From Eledone cirrhosa (lineage: Eukaryota): DNA of 64,000 nucleotides. The notes below the pieces were generated by a model. The model had not been told where the DNA came from and ran no database searches. It was given only the letters and a program-made list of their open reading frames with translations. This document shows, in pieces, positions 23,796 through 35,839 of this stretch; position 1 is the stretch's first letter, and the number at the start of each line of letters is the position of its first letter. The stretch is from assembly GCA_964016885.1 (NCBI GenBank), contig OZ024742.1:277574001-277638000 (forward strand), given 5' to 3'. Both the position numbers and the translations under genes were made by a program.

Positions 23796-24154
23796 TACCA
23801 GTAATTAAAAGCCAAGTCTGTTCAATATAATGGTGATACATTGAAGTAGCTATGTGTTTTGAATTCATTGTTTTTATAGAACGCTGCTTCAGCTGATTTT
23901 TCAAAGATACAGTGGAAGGAATGGGAGAGTTACACAGTGATACCATGTATACCTACTTCTCAATTACTAATATTCCTATGTTTTAATATCTTCTACAAAT
24001 GATATTTATTTTTAGCTAGTTTCTGTCAAACTTCTATCAATAATGATATACATGATTATTTTTATGATTATGCACTCATTTTTTCTTCCATCTTTTAATA
24101 TAACATGTGATAAAACTTATTAAAAGAATCAGCTCTCATTATTGTCATCCATAA

Positions 24155-24347
24155 GGGCGGTGGATTGGCAGTATCGGTAGAGAGTCGGTCACCATGCTTT
24201 GAAGCATAGAGTTACGTCCCTTTACGATCTGAGTTCAAATCCCGCCGAGGTTAACTTTACCTCTCATCCTTACGGGGTCGATAAAATAAAGTACCAGTAA
24301 TGCACTGGATGATTGCTGGCCTTGTGCCAACAGTAGAAACAATTATT
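24155..24347 (+). mobile_element. Full-length tRNA-derived SINE with target-site duplication
   Basis: A-box-like TGGCAGTATCGG, B box GAGTTCAAATCC, core TCATCCTTACGGGGTCGATAAAATAAAGTACCAG. Flanked by ATTATTGTCAT(C/A)CATAAGG repeats; the empty site is at ~20450. Confidence 0.92.
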
Positions 24348-24460
24348 GTCATACATAAGGTACGATTTTTGTTCATTAAATAATATAATCACTAATATTT
24401 TGAATATGCCATTTTATTAGTTACAAAGTATTTGAAATAACGAAATGTAATCGTATTAGC

Positions 24461-24532
24461 TGCCGTGACCAGGTTTCGAACTTCGGTTACCACGGCCACA
24501 ACGTGGTGTCATAACCGCTAGACGATCACGGC
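24461..24532 (-). pseudogene. tRNA-His(GUG) with T-stem and D-stem defects
   Basis: Paralog of 20570-20641; CTTCGG replaces CCTGGG on +. Confidence 0.75.
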
Positions 24533-24639
24533 TAACAGATAATACGCAATAAGAATGTTCAAAATAACAGAGATATATAGAAGTTGCTAACTACTTTTGT
24601 TTCTTACTTAAAGAGTTGTCAAATTCGATAAAGATATAA

Positions 24640-25541
24640 TCTATATATATAAAACTGTGGTTGTCTGTCTGTCTATCGATTTTTGGCACACATCTCCTCT
24701 TAGAATCTCTCACGGAATTGCACCGAAATTGCTATACTTGTACATTGAGCCCTAGCGAAGACATCGGAAAAAAAAAATTTCAAATTGACCCACCCTATGT
24801 GACGAAATCGAATATAATGTATCGATTTTTGAGCGTAAGTGATCAGTTATTTCCCTTTGTTCTGTTTACATTGAGCGTCTTACGTAAAAAATTACGCTGG
24901 CTTTCTCAGCGTTTAAAATGACATTAACACAATACACGAACATTCGAATACTAAGCTTCCGTTTTGCTTCATTTCCATTTAAAAGCATTTTAAAACAATA
25001 TTTTTACTTGAAAACAAGTCTATTTAAAGACTACGTAAAACAAGCAAATATTTCGTCGTTAGGCGTGCAGACAGACAGTCGTGCAGACAGACAGTCGTGC
25101 AGAGAGGTGATATAGGCGTGCAGACAGACAGTCGTGCAGAGAGGTGATATAGGCGTGCAGACAGACAGTCGTGCAGAGAGGTGATATAGGCGTGCAGACA
25201 GACAGTCGTGCAGAGAGGTGATATAGGCGTGCAGACAGACATAACTGATAATTTGGTTACGCTAATGTTTTTCTCTGCGTTGCAGTGTTTACATTTTCGA
25301 TCTTTGTTATAACCAGTGCAGTTTTTATCCCCAGCATCCTCTTTTGTTATAACATTCGGGTTATCATTATGTTTTCTTAACTTCATAAGGCATATTGTTG
25401 GTTGAGGGAATATTAATCAAAAACACCACATGCAAGTCTGCACAGTAGACACTACAGTTTTTAAGCCAATAAAGAAACTTAACGTTGTAACTTTAACACA
25501 GCTACTGGGCGACCCCGAGCAACGCCGGGCTTTACTGCTAG
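24640..25541 (+). mobile_element. Non-autonomous Helitron (902 bp)
   Basis: 5' TCTATATATATAAAA, 3' hairpin CCCGAGCAACGCCGGG and terminal CTAG. Inserted between A and T with no TSD; the empty site AAAGATATAA^TCTTTGTAT is at ~27720. Confidence 0.92.
25061..25240. repeat. 37-bp minisatellite inside the Helitron
   Basis: AGGCGTGCAGACAGACAGTCGTGCAGAGAGGTGATAT repeated about 4.5 times. Confidence 0.9.
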
Positions 25542-25934
25542 TCTTTGTATATTTTACGTTGCTTTAGTTAGCCTTTAGAATATTCAAAGTCTACTAAATA
25601 GGATATTATTAGTTAGTCTTTATCAAATTTGTAGCATTAATGATATATTTGTTGTTTTTTATTTTTACATGTATATATTTACAAATGTAGAAGCACAATT
25701 AAGTGATGAGAAATGTGGAATGTCTAAATAAGTGCAGGTCTTGCAAAGTAGAAGAAAGGACTTTTAAAAGCCATAAATGAGAGAATGAGGAAAAGCAAGG
25801 ACTCTAGGGCCACATAATAAGAGATGGAAAAAAGGGAGAGAGTGATGGGCTCTTGTCCTTGGCCGCAGCCGGGTTGAATCACAAATACATTTGGAAAAAC
25901 TGTAATTGTATTAACTGTCGTAACCAGGATTTGC

Positions 25935-26827
25935 ATACACAAATCAAAATATAAACAAACGTATTTATTTCACGAAAGCACAGACGGCTTATCGTCATTG
26001 TTACTGCCGATATGCCACCCAAAAAGTCCCACTACTTTTGGCACAAGGCCAGCAATTACATAGTCAGCGGTTCGGAAATCACATGCATCACTGACGACTT
26101 TACTCCTTACTCTACCAGTTAGTCTTAGTGTACTTCGTCCTGCCTTTAGGTCATGCCTCGAAGGAAGAGATACTCCATTGGCCGAAATACTGCGAAAGCG
26201 GCAAGAAGAAGAACAAGGCGGGCAAACGAATCGTCAGTGGAATCTGCTATTCGACGGTCGCAAGATGCTGAACGTACTGCCACCAGAAGAGCACTTAAAA
26301 CAGACAACCAACGAACCATTCGCCAAACCGTGTCAGCTTTGCAATGTCTATCAACAAATCCCAGGGTCAGACCCTAGCTGTTGCTGGTCTTCTTTTGGAA
26401 GAGTCATGTTTTTCACACGGGCAACTATACGTTGGTTGCTCAAGAGTGGGAAGCAAGACAAATCTCTTTGCATATGTTCGACACGGAAGAACAAGGAACA
26501 TTGTGTACAAGGAGGTACTACAAACATTGTTTAGGTAGACGAGGCAGAAGGGGATATACACGATTGGCTGAAGAAGGACGAGACTGTGTTAGTAGTACGA
26601 CCAACGGCTGCTATCACACCAACAGCAGCAAAAACAACAACAAAAAAGAGATGGAACGCAATTACATGCTTTTGAAAAATCTTAATGGAAAATTATTTGC
26701 CTAAGCACAAAATGTAGACACCATCCCCAAGCCGAGGTATTCCGCACTTCTCTGTACTGTTTCAGAAAGGAGGGATAAACACCAATCTATGTTTAGAAGC
26801 CCGAGCAACGCCGGGCCATTCTGCTAG
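25935..26827 (+). mobile_element. Internally deleted Helitron retaining the RepHel N-terminus and Pif1-helicase C-terminus
   Basis: MPRRKRYSIGR... is joined at ~26335 to FAMSINKSQGQTL...FSHGQLYVGCSRV...TRNIVYKEVL (SF1B/Pif1 motifs V-VI). The 3' hairpin CCCGAGCAACGCCGGG and CTAG are present; the 5' TC end is not seen. Confidence 0.9.
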
Positions 26828-27544
26828 TAATTAATAATTTTAGTAAATCGCTAAAAATTCTTCATTAATTAATCTAAATAGAATGTATTTGAATCACATC
26901 ACAAACATGCTAACAGTTACGGAATTACTGTCCTTCTAGTTGAGGCTACCATCATCATCACCACCATCAACATCATTAGCAGCATTTTAAGGTTGCTACT
27001 GTGTAGAATCATTAAGCCTCTTGATACTAAACCAGTTAAAACTGGTTCTGGTTCTATGAAACAAAAGCACCCATTTTATAGGGTTCCCATTTAAATTGAA
27101 ATCTTCCAATATTTCATGCTAAATTAATATCTTAGTAATGAAATAATGGTTTTAGTAAGTCGCACAAAATTCTTCATTAATTAATTGAAATGGATTTTAT
27201 GTCATTAGAAATATGATCACAAAAGTTCTAACCCGTTTGACACAAATCAGCCCTTAATCACCTCTGGTTCCATCAAACAAAACCACTCATTTTAAAGAAT
27301 TCTTCTTTGAATTAAAACTAAGAAATGAGAAAATGGAGAAGGGGTAAGAAGGTCAGGTCTGGCTGTATGGGAAAATAGAGGAAAGGACTATAAATGCCAT
27401 AAATGAGAAGAAAAGGAGAAAAGCAAGGACTCTAGGGTTACAGAAGAAAAGGAGGAAAAAGGGGCGAGGGTGATGGGCTCTGGCCCTTGGACGCGGTGGG
27501 ATTGAATTACAAAATAATGTGGAAAAAAACTCAACTGTATTAGC

Positions 27545-27616
27545 TGCCGTGACCAGGATTCGAACCTGGGTTACCACGGCCACAACGTGGGGTCCTAACC
27601 ACTAGACGATCACGGC
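27545..27616 (-). tRNA. tRNA-His-GTG: tRNA-His(GUG), canonical
   Basis: Identical to 413-484; T7 terminator. Confidence 0.97.
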
Positions 27617-27839
27617 TAACATCTAATACTTAAAAAGAGTGTCCAAAATAACAGTGATATATAGAAGTTGCTGGCTACTTTTGTTTCTTACATAGAGTTG
27701 TCAAATTCGACAAAGATATAATCTTTGTATATTTTACGTTTCTTCAGCTGGCTTTTAGAATATTTAATGTCTGACAGAATATTTAAAGTCTATATCACTT
27801 CTAAAATTGTTGTTCTAAAGTTGCATGTATTAGCTGACT

Positions 27840-27911
27840 GCCGTGATAGTCTTGTGGTTAGGACCCTACGTTGTGGTAGTGGTAAACTAGATTCGAATCC
27901 AGGTGACGGCA
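27840..27911 (+). pseudogene. Degenerate tRNA-His, head-to-head with 27545
   Basis: GCCGTGATAGTCTTGTGGTTAGGACCCTACGTTGTGGTAGTGG...GACGGCA. Confidence 0.8.
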
Positions 27912-29333
27912 TTTAATATAAGCCTTTTTTTTTCAAAAATTGTTTTGTAATTAAAAAAAAATGTTTAGAAAATCGAAGAAAATTTGATTTACATAAATAT
28001 TTCACATGATAAACAAGAGAGAGAGAGAGAGAGGGAGAGAGACAGAGAGGGAGAGGGAGAGAGAGAGAGAGAGAGAGATGAAAACAAAGGGACGGAAGAG
28101 GGGAAGACGCTACACCACTGGCTAGGTGGTATATCTCACCTACACCCCGCGACCACGATAGTGAAAGCATTGTCGCGGAGAAAAGAAAGAGACATTCTTT
28201 GCGCCAGCAACACTTCAGGCGCGATGCAGTCTTCTCGATTTGGCAGATTAAAATGACAGGGATCAAGGACAGCGGAGGTCTCGACGGCGATCACCACGAA
28301 AAGTAAACAGAGGGTCAAGACCCGGAATTTTGAGATATTTTTCTTGTTTGATCATCATGGATATGAAGAAGGGTATTTACACAGAACAAAAGCGCTGTAC
28401 AATTTTCAAGTCCCAATATTGGCCACACATTCATAAAACATGAGGATCAAAAATATGACCTATCTTCAGGCACTTGTACGAGTTTAAGTGCCTGGTTGGG
28501 TTGACGCCTTGATCTGCGAGTTTTCTGCTAGAGGTTTTTAGATATGTTGGAGGAGGCGATGTTTTATGCGAAAATTCAAATTTAAATAGGAACCCTTTAA
28601 AATGAGTGATTTTGTTTGATAGAACAAGAGGTGATCAAGGACTGGTTGGTATCAAAAGAGTTAACCCTTTTGTGACCATAATTCTAATGACATACACTCT
28701 ATTTCAATTAATGAAGAATGTTGTGCGACTTACTAAAACCATTATTTCGTTACTAAGACAATAACTTAAGATGAAATTATTTTGGAAGATTTCAATTAAA
28801 TAGGAACCCTATAAAATGGGTGATTTTGCTTCATAGAACCAAAGCTAGTTTTAACTGTTTTAGTATCAAAAGGCTTAATGATTCTACAATTAGATGTGTT
28901 CTTTTATATCTCGCGCCTTTTAAAGAAACTCTACAAAAGTCGTATTGATATTATTATGTAACAAACCTGTTAATATAAAAAGAACAATAATTTTAGAAGT
29001 AATAAAACCATTGAGATGCTTTATTTTATTCTTTTACTAGTTTCAGTCATTAAACTGTGGCCATTCAGGGCACCACCTTGGAAAGGTTTAGTCAACCATG
29101 TTGACCACAGTACTTATTGTTTTCATGTCTTGTACTTACTTCATCAATCTCTTTTTGTTGAACTGTTAAGGTGTCAGTCACTGAATGTTCTAAAGGTTAA
29201 CTAAAGCAACGTAAAATATACAAAGATTATATCTTTGTTGAATTTGACAACTCTCTATGTAAGAAACAAAAGTAGCCAGCAACTTCTATATATCACTGTT
29301 ATTTTGGACGAACTTTGCAAGTATTAGCTGTTA

Positions 29334-29407
29334 ACCGTGATCGTCTAGTTGTTAGGACCCCCCACGTTCTGGCCGTGGTAACCCTGGTTCGAAACCTGGT
29401 CACGGCA
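29334..29407 (+). pseudogene. tRNA-His-derived copy with CTG anticodon and a 2-nt insertion
   Basis: CCACG-TT-CTG-GC-CGTGG; G1A and A-box G18T. Confidence 0.75.
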
Positions 29408-29914
29408 TCTAATGTGGTTAGATTTTCTTCCACATTGTTTTATAATTCAACCCCGCGCAGGACCAGAACCCATCACCTTCTTCCGTTTTCCTTCCTTTTC
29501 TTCTGTGGCACTAGTGTTCTTGTTTTCCTATCATTTATGGATTTTATAGTCCTTTCTTCTACTTTCCCATAATCCAGATTTACCTTTCTTTACTCCTTCC
29601 TTGTTTCTCATTACTCAATATTGCTTCTACGTATGTAAATATAGATAAAAAAAACAAGTGTATAATTATTTCTACAAATTTGACAAAGACTAGCTAATAA
29701 TATCTCATTTAGTAGACTCTGAAATAATTGAAAAGTAGATATACGTCGTAACCCCTCATTCCTATCACTGGATCTTCCAGTTGCCAGTAGAAAGAGAGTT
29801 CTAGAAACAATGATCTTTGTTGAATTTGACAACTCTCAATATAAGAAACACATTAGATGAGAACTTTGATATATCACTATTATATTGGGGAGCTGTTGTA
29901 CGTATTAGCTGACT

Positions 29915-29986
29915 GCCCTAATCGTCTAGTGGTTAGAACCCCCACGCTGTGGCCGTGGTAACCCAGTTTCGAATCCTGTCAAGGCA
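29915..29986 (+). pseudogene. Degenerate tRNA-His
   Basis: GCCCTAATCGTCTAGTGGTTAGAACCCCCACGCTGTGGCCGTGG... Confidence 0.8.
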
Positions 29987-30054
29987 ACTAATAAACGTTT
30001 TTTGTTTAACTTCTTTTGTAAGAAATAAAAAAAACATTAGAATATCGAAGAAAA

Positions 30055-30210
30055 ACTCGGAGATCAAAGAGTCACTCCAGGTAGAGACGCTACTTCTCCG
30101 AATTGAGAGATCACAGCTCCGATACAATGAGCATGTTGTTAGAATGTCTCAGGAAAGAATCCCTGGAGAGATTTTACGGGCAAAATGAACCGGCAAGTGA
30201 CCTAGGGGCT
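30055..30210 (+). mobile_element. RTE-clade LINE fragment (post-RT region)
   Basis: NSEIKESLQVETLLLRIERSQLRYNEHVVRMSQERIP...G.*PRG resembles RTE LRW.GHV.RM...R.P...GKRPRGRP. Confidence 0.7.
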
Positions 30211-30499
30211 GGAAGATTTCAATTTGAATATAAACCCCATAAAATGGGTGCTTTTATTTCATAGAACATAGCTACCTTAACAGTACAACGAAAAGAGATT
30301 GATGAATTAAGTACAAGACATGAAAACAATAAGTACAGTGGTCAACATGGTTGACTAAATCTTTTCAAGGTGGTGCCCTGTATGATCACAGTCTAATGAT
30401 TGAAACTAGTAGAAGAATAAAAGAAAGTATATCAATGGTTTATATTACTTCTAATTTTATTGTTCTTTTTATTGTCCTTTTAAAGATTTGTTACGTAAT

Positions 30500-30657
30500 A
30501 ATTGTTTCTACTTTTGGTACAAGGCCAGCAATTACCCAGCACATTACTGGTACTTTATATTATCGATCCCGTAAGGATGAAAGGCAATGTTAATCTCGGC
30601 GGGATTTGAACTCAGTCCGTAAAGGGACGTAACTATGCTAGAAAGGATGGCGTCCGT
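30500..30657 (-). mobile_element. tRNA-derived SINE, 5'-truncated
   Basis: Same family as 24155-24347. Confidence 0.85.
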
Positions 30658-31257
30658 AATAATATCAATATGACTTTTGTAGAGTTTCTTTAAAGGGCGC
30701 GAGATATAAAAGATAACATCTAGGTGTAGAATCATTGAGCCTTTTGATACTAAACCAGTTAAAACTGGTTCTGGTTCTATGAAACAAAAGCACCCATTTT
30801 ATAGGGTTCCTATTTAAATTGAAATCTTCCAATATAATTTCATGCTAAATTAATATCTTAGTAATGAAATAATGGTTTTAGTAAGTCGCACAAAATTCTT
30901 CATTAATTAATTGAAATGGATTTTATGTCATTAGAAATATGATCACAAAAGTTCTAACTCCTTTAATACAAAGCAGCTCTTAATCACCTCTGGTTCTATC
31001 AAACAAAACCACTCATTTTAAAGGATTCTTCTTTGAATTAAAACTTTGTAATAAGAAAACGGGGAAGGGGTAAAGAAGGGCAGGTCTGGCTGTATGAGAA
31101 AATAGAAGAAAGGACTATAAATGCCATAAATGAGAGGAAAAGGAGAAAAGCAAGGACTCTAGGGTAACAGAAGAAAAGGAGGAAAAAGGAGAGAGGGTGA
31201 TGGGACGCGGTGGGATTGAATTACAAAACAATGTGGAAAAAAAAACGTAACAGTAAC

Positions 31258-31329
31258 TGCCGTGACCAGGATTTGAACCTGGGTTACCACGGCCACAACG
31301 TGGGGTCCTAACCACTAGACGATCACGGC
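31258..31329 (-). tRNA. tRNA-His-GTG: tRNA-His(GUG), intact (G57A T-loop variant)
   Basis: Canonical except GGTTCAAATCC; T9 terminator. Confidence 0.92.
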
Positions 31330-31552
31330 TAACAGCTAATACTTAAAAAGTGTGTCCAAAATAACAGTAATATATAGAAGTTGCTGGCTACTTTTGTTTC
31401 TTACATAGAGTTGTCAAATTCGACAAAGATATAATCTTTGTATATTTTACGTTTCTTCAGCTGGCTTTTAGAATATTTAATGTCTGACAGAATATTTAAA
31501 GTCTATATCACTTCTAAAATTGTTGTTCTAAAGTTGCATGTATTAGCTGACT

Positions 31553-31623
31553 GCCGTGATAGTCTTGTGGTTAGGACCCACGTTGTGGTAGTGGTAAACT
31601 AGATTCGAATCCTGGTCACGGCA
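31553..31623 (+). pseudogene. Degenerate tRNA-His (duplicate of 27840)
   Basis: Shares the substitutions GATAGTCTTGTGG and GGTAGTGGTAAACTAGA. Confidence 0.8.
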
Positions 31624-31711
31624 TCTTTTATAAGCCGTTTCTTTTTTCAAAATTGTTTTGTAATTAAAAAAAATGTTTAGAATATCGATTTTTGCCCTGT
31701 ATTATCTGGCA

Positions 31712-31783
31712 GCCGCGATCATCTAGTGGTTAGGGCCCCACATTATGGCTGTGTTAACCCAGGTTCGAATTCTCGTCGCGGCA
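31712..31783 (+). pseudogene. tRNA-His variant with ATG anticodon and two compensatory base-pair changes
   Basis: GCCGCGA/TCGCGGC acceptor; CCACA-TT-ATG-GC-TGTGT; mismatches in the D and T stems. Confidence 0.7.
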
Positions 31784-32173
31784 GCTAATACAATTACATT
31801 TTTTCCCAAATGATTTTGTAATTCAACTCCGTCACGTCCTAGGACCAAAGCCCACCACCCCCTCCCATTTTCTCTCCTTTTCTTCTTTGGCACTAGAGTT
31901 CTTGTTTTCCTCTCGTTTTGGGCTTTTATAGTCCTTTCTTCTACTTCCCCATAGCCAAATCTGCCCTTCTTTACTCCTTCCCCATTTCTCATCACTTAAT
32001 TATGCTTCTAAATTCCTATCACTGAATCTTCCATTTGCCAGCAGAAAGAGAGTTATAGAAACAATGATTGAATCTTAGTTGAATTTGACAATTCTCAGTA
32101 TAAGAAACACATTAGATAAGAACTTTGATATATCACTATTGTATTGAATTGTTGTTACATGTATTAGCAGACT

Positions 32174-32226
32174 GCTGTGATCGTCTAGTGGCCGTGGTAA
32201 CCCAGGTTCGGATCCTCGTCACGGCA
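32174..32226 (+). pseudogene. tRNA-His with a 19-nt internal deletion
   Basis: GTCTAGTGG joins directly to CCGTGG; deletion lies between two GTGG repeats. Confidence 0.8.
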
Positions 32227-32448
32227 ACTAACACACGTTTCTTTAAAAAATTGTTTTGTAATAATAAAAAATTTTTTTTTAGAATATCGAAGAAAATTTG
32301 ATTTACATAAATATTTCAGATGATAAACAAGAAGAGAGAAAGAGAGTTGGTTAAGAGGGGCACGGTTAGGTTCTAAAGGATATGTGAGCCCCGGGTTCAA
32401 TCGGGGGTAACCACAGTAAGTAAGTAAGGTACTCAATGCATTAGAAGA

Positions 32449-32500
<52 letters not shown>

Positions 32501-32554
32501 CGTTTCTGAATTTGTTTAGCAAGATTCTTTATCTGAAATCGTGTGCTGAAACCG

Positions 32555-33632
<1,078 letters not shown>

Positions 33633-33734
33633 GAGCATTTTACAAAAACAATATCAATTATATATTGTAATATATATGACAAGATACAAAACAAAAATCA
33701 GAATATAACCATATTAATTACATTACTTGCGGTA

Positions 33735-33927
33735 TATTGGCGTTGGATTGGCAGTATCGGTAGAGAGTCGGACGCCATGCTTTCCAGCATAGTTATGTCC
33801 CTTTACGATCTGAGTTCAAATCCCGCCGAGGTTGACTTTGCCTTTCATCCTTACGGGGTCGATAAAATAAAGTACCAGTAATGCACTGGGTAATTGCTGG
33901 CCTTGTGCCCAAAGTAGAAACAATTAT
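33735..33927 (+). mobile_element. tRNA-derived SINE with TSD
   Basis: Same family as 24155; TTACATTACTTGC occurs on both sides. Confidence 0.9.
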
Positions 33928-33964
33928 TTACATTACTTGCTTTACCGAAATTACGTAATATAAA

Positions 33965-34143
33965 TAATTGTTTCTACTTTAGGCACAAGGCCAGCAATTA
34001 CTCAGTGCATTACTGGTACTTTATTTTATCGACCCCGTAAGGATGAATGGCAAAGTCAACCTCGGCAGGATTTGAACTCAGATCGTAAAGGGACGTAACT
34101 ATGCTGGAAAGCATGGCGTCCGACTCTCTACCGATACTACCAA
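33965..34143 (-). mobile_element. tRNA-derived SINE, tail-to-tail with the previous copy
   Basis: Near-perfect reverse complement of 33748-33927. Confidence 0.9.
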
Positions 34144-34319
34144 TAGATTTGTATCTTGTCATATGAATTGCATTATGTCATGAATATTGTTTCTGTAATA
34201 TCCAGGCATAAGTGTGTTCTGGTATAGGAATTTTTCGCATCTTATTTCCGTTGAGCTCTTCTCAGAACAACAACATCTAGATGTTATAATTTCAATTTAG
34301 TTTTGCTTGTTTATATATA

Positions 34320-34790
34320 CTAGCAGAAAAACCACCCTTCGGGTGGTTTTCTGCTAGCATGTGTAGTGTGTATATTGATATTATACGCAAATATATATGC
34401 ATGTAGATATGATCAAATAAAATCGTAATTGACAATATACACAGAAATTGAAGAGAGACCGTGTTATACTGTTTTATATAATCAGTAACGTAATCCATAA
34501 AAAAAGACGATATTATATATAAACTACATTAGGAGAAAATTAGTGACGGAAATATATGAATATTTATTTAAGCGATTACTAACCGGAAGTGTTGACATTT
34601 AAACATTTTAAAGAAGTGAATCTTTAAATAAGTAATAAAATATATTTAATGAACAGCTACGAAATTTAGTAGATAAATTATGTAATATTCATTCATTATT
34701 TATTCAAAGTAATCCAACTTATTTTACTAAGGGGATAAAAAATTATAAACTGTACGCAGTCCCGCGCTTCTTACTTTATTGTAGTTTAGA
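34320..34790 (-). mobile_element. Small non-autonomous Helitron-like element
   Basis: Minus strand starts TCTAAACTACAATAAAG and ends with a hairpin plus CTAG; sits between A and T in TA-rich flanks. Confidence 0.6.
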
Positions 34791-34849
34791 TATATATTTA
34801 TATATTTATATGTTGGTATAAGATGCGAGTTTGATTTTTGTTGTGGCTG

Positions 34850-35450
34850 GATAGCATGGGGTCCAAGTCTTAGTTGTACTTTAAAGATGATGCCAACATC
34901 ATTTTGTCAATGTTGATGGAATATTTCGCACATCCTGCAAATAATGTAGTACTCACGGCTTTGGAGAGAGTAGAGTTTGAGCTTTTCTTGTCGAGGCCAA
35001 TAGTTAAGGCCTGTAATGCCGTCTATCTTTTTTGTGATTGACCTTTGAGGTGCTTCAATTTTCATAATACTTTGTTTCGTGTGTGGAGACCACAGTTTTC
35101 AATGGGGGCCTCGGACAAAAGTAGAGAGGAGAAGGATGATGGTGTGGATATCTCTCGACTGGAAAGTTCTGAGAATCCAGGAACACATTCTGCGGGCCAT
35201 GTCAACTTTGCTGCTTATATGAGTGGCCTAGCTTATATTGTTATCAACAATTACTGCCAAGCAAGCATTTTATTTAAGCTTTTTTATCCTTTGCTGTTTA
35301 TGGTTTTATATTTTTATCTTTCACCCTTATACCCTTCCCTCTACAAACCCATCAATATATAAACGGATCTCGGGACCTCTGTCAACAGTTTAGATGTGTA
35401 TTTGCACATATAAGCTCGCAAAAAGAGTCGATCCCCGTCGCCTTGGTTTT
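34850..35450 (-). mobile_element. Degenerate CR1/L2-group LINE fragment
   Basis: Minus-strand translation IEAPQRSITKKIDGITGLNYW..EKLKLYSLQ matches the CR1-type E.VQR..TK.I......Y.ERL..L.LYSL motif. Confidence 0.65.
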
Positions 35451-35540
35451 ATTCTATAGCGAAACAATTGTAATATGCAAATAAAGTTGCTACATATGCT
35501 GCAACACTGAGTTCGACTCTTTTAAATCTCTCTATCTGTC

Positions 35541-35658
<118 letters not shown>

Positions 35659-35691
35659 CATATATATATATACACACACACACATAAATAT

Positions 35692-35761
<70 letters not shown>

Positions 35762-35839
35762 GAATTAGAAAAGTGATCATACCTGTCCTAGCTATGTTTT
35801 AACAAAGGGACTAAGAAAATAAAATACGTATTATTCTGC

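Noticed and set aside
26344-26538. Host PIF1 helicase exon
   Set aside because: It lies about 290 bp upstream of a Helitron hairpin and CTAG end and is fused to a Helitron-type N-terminus.
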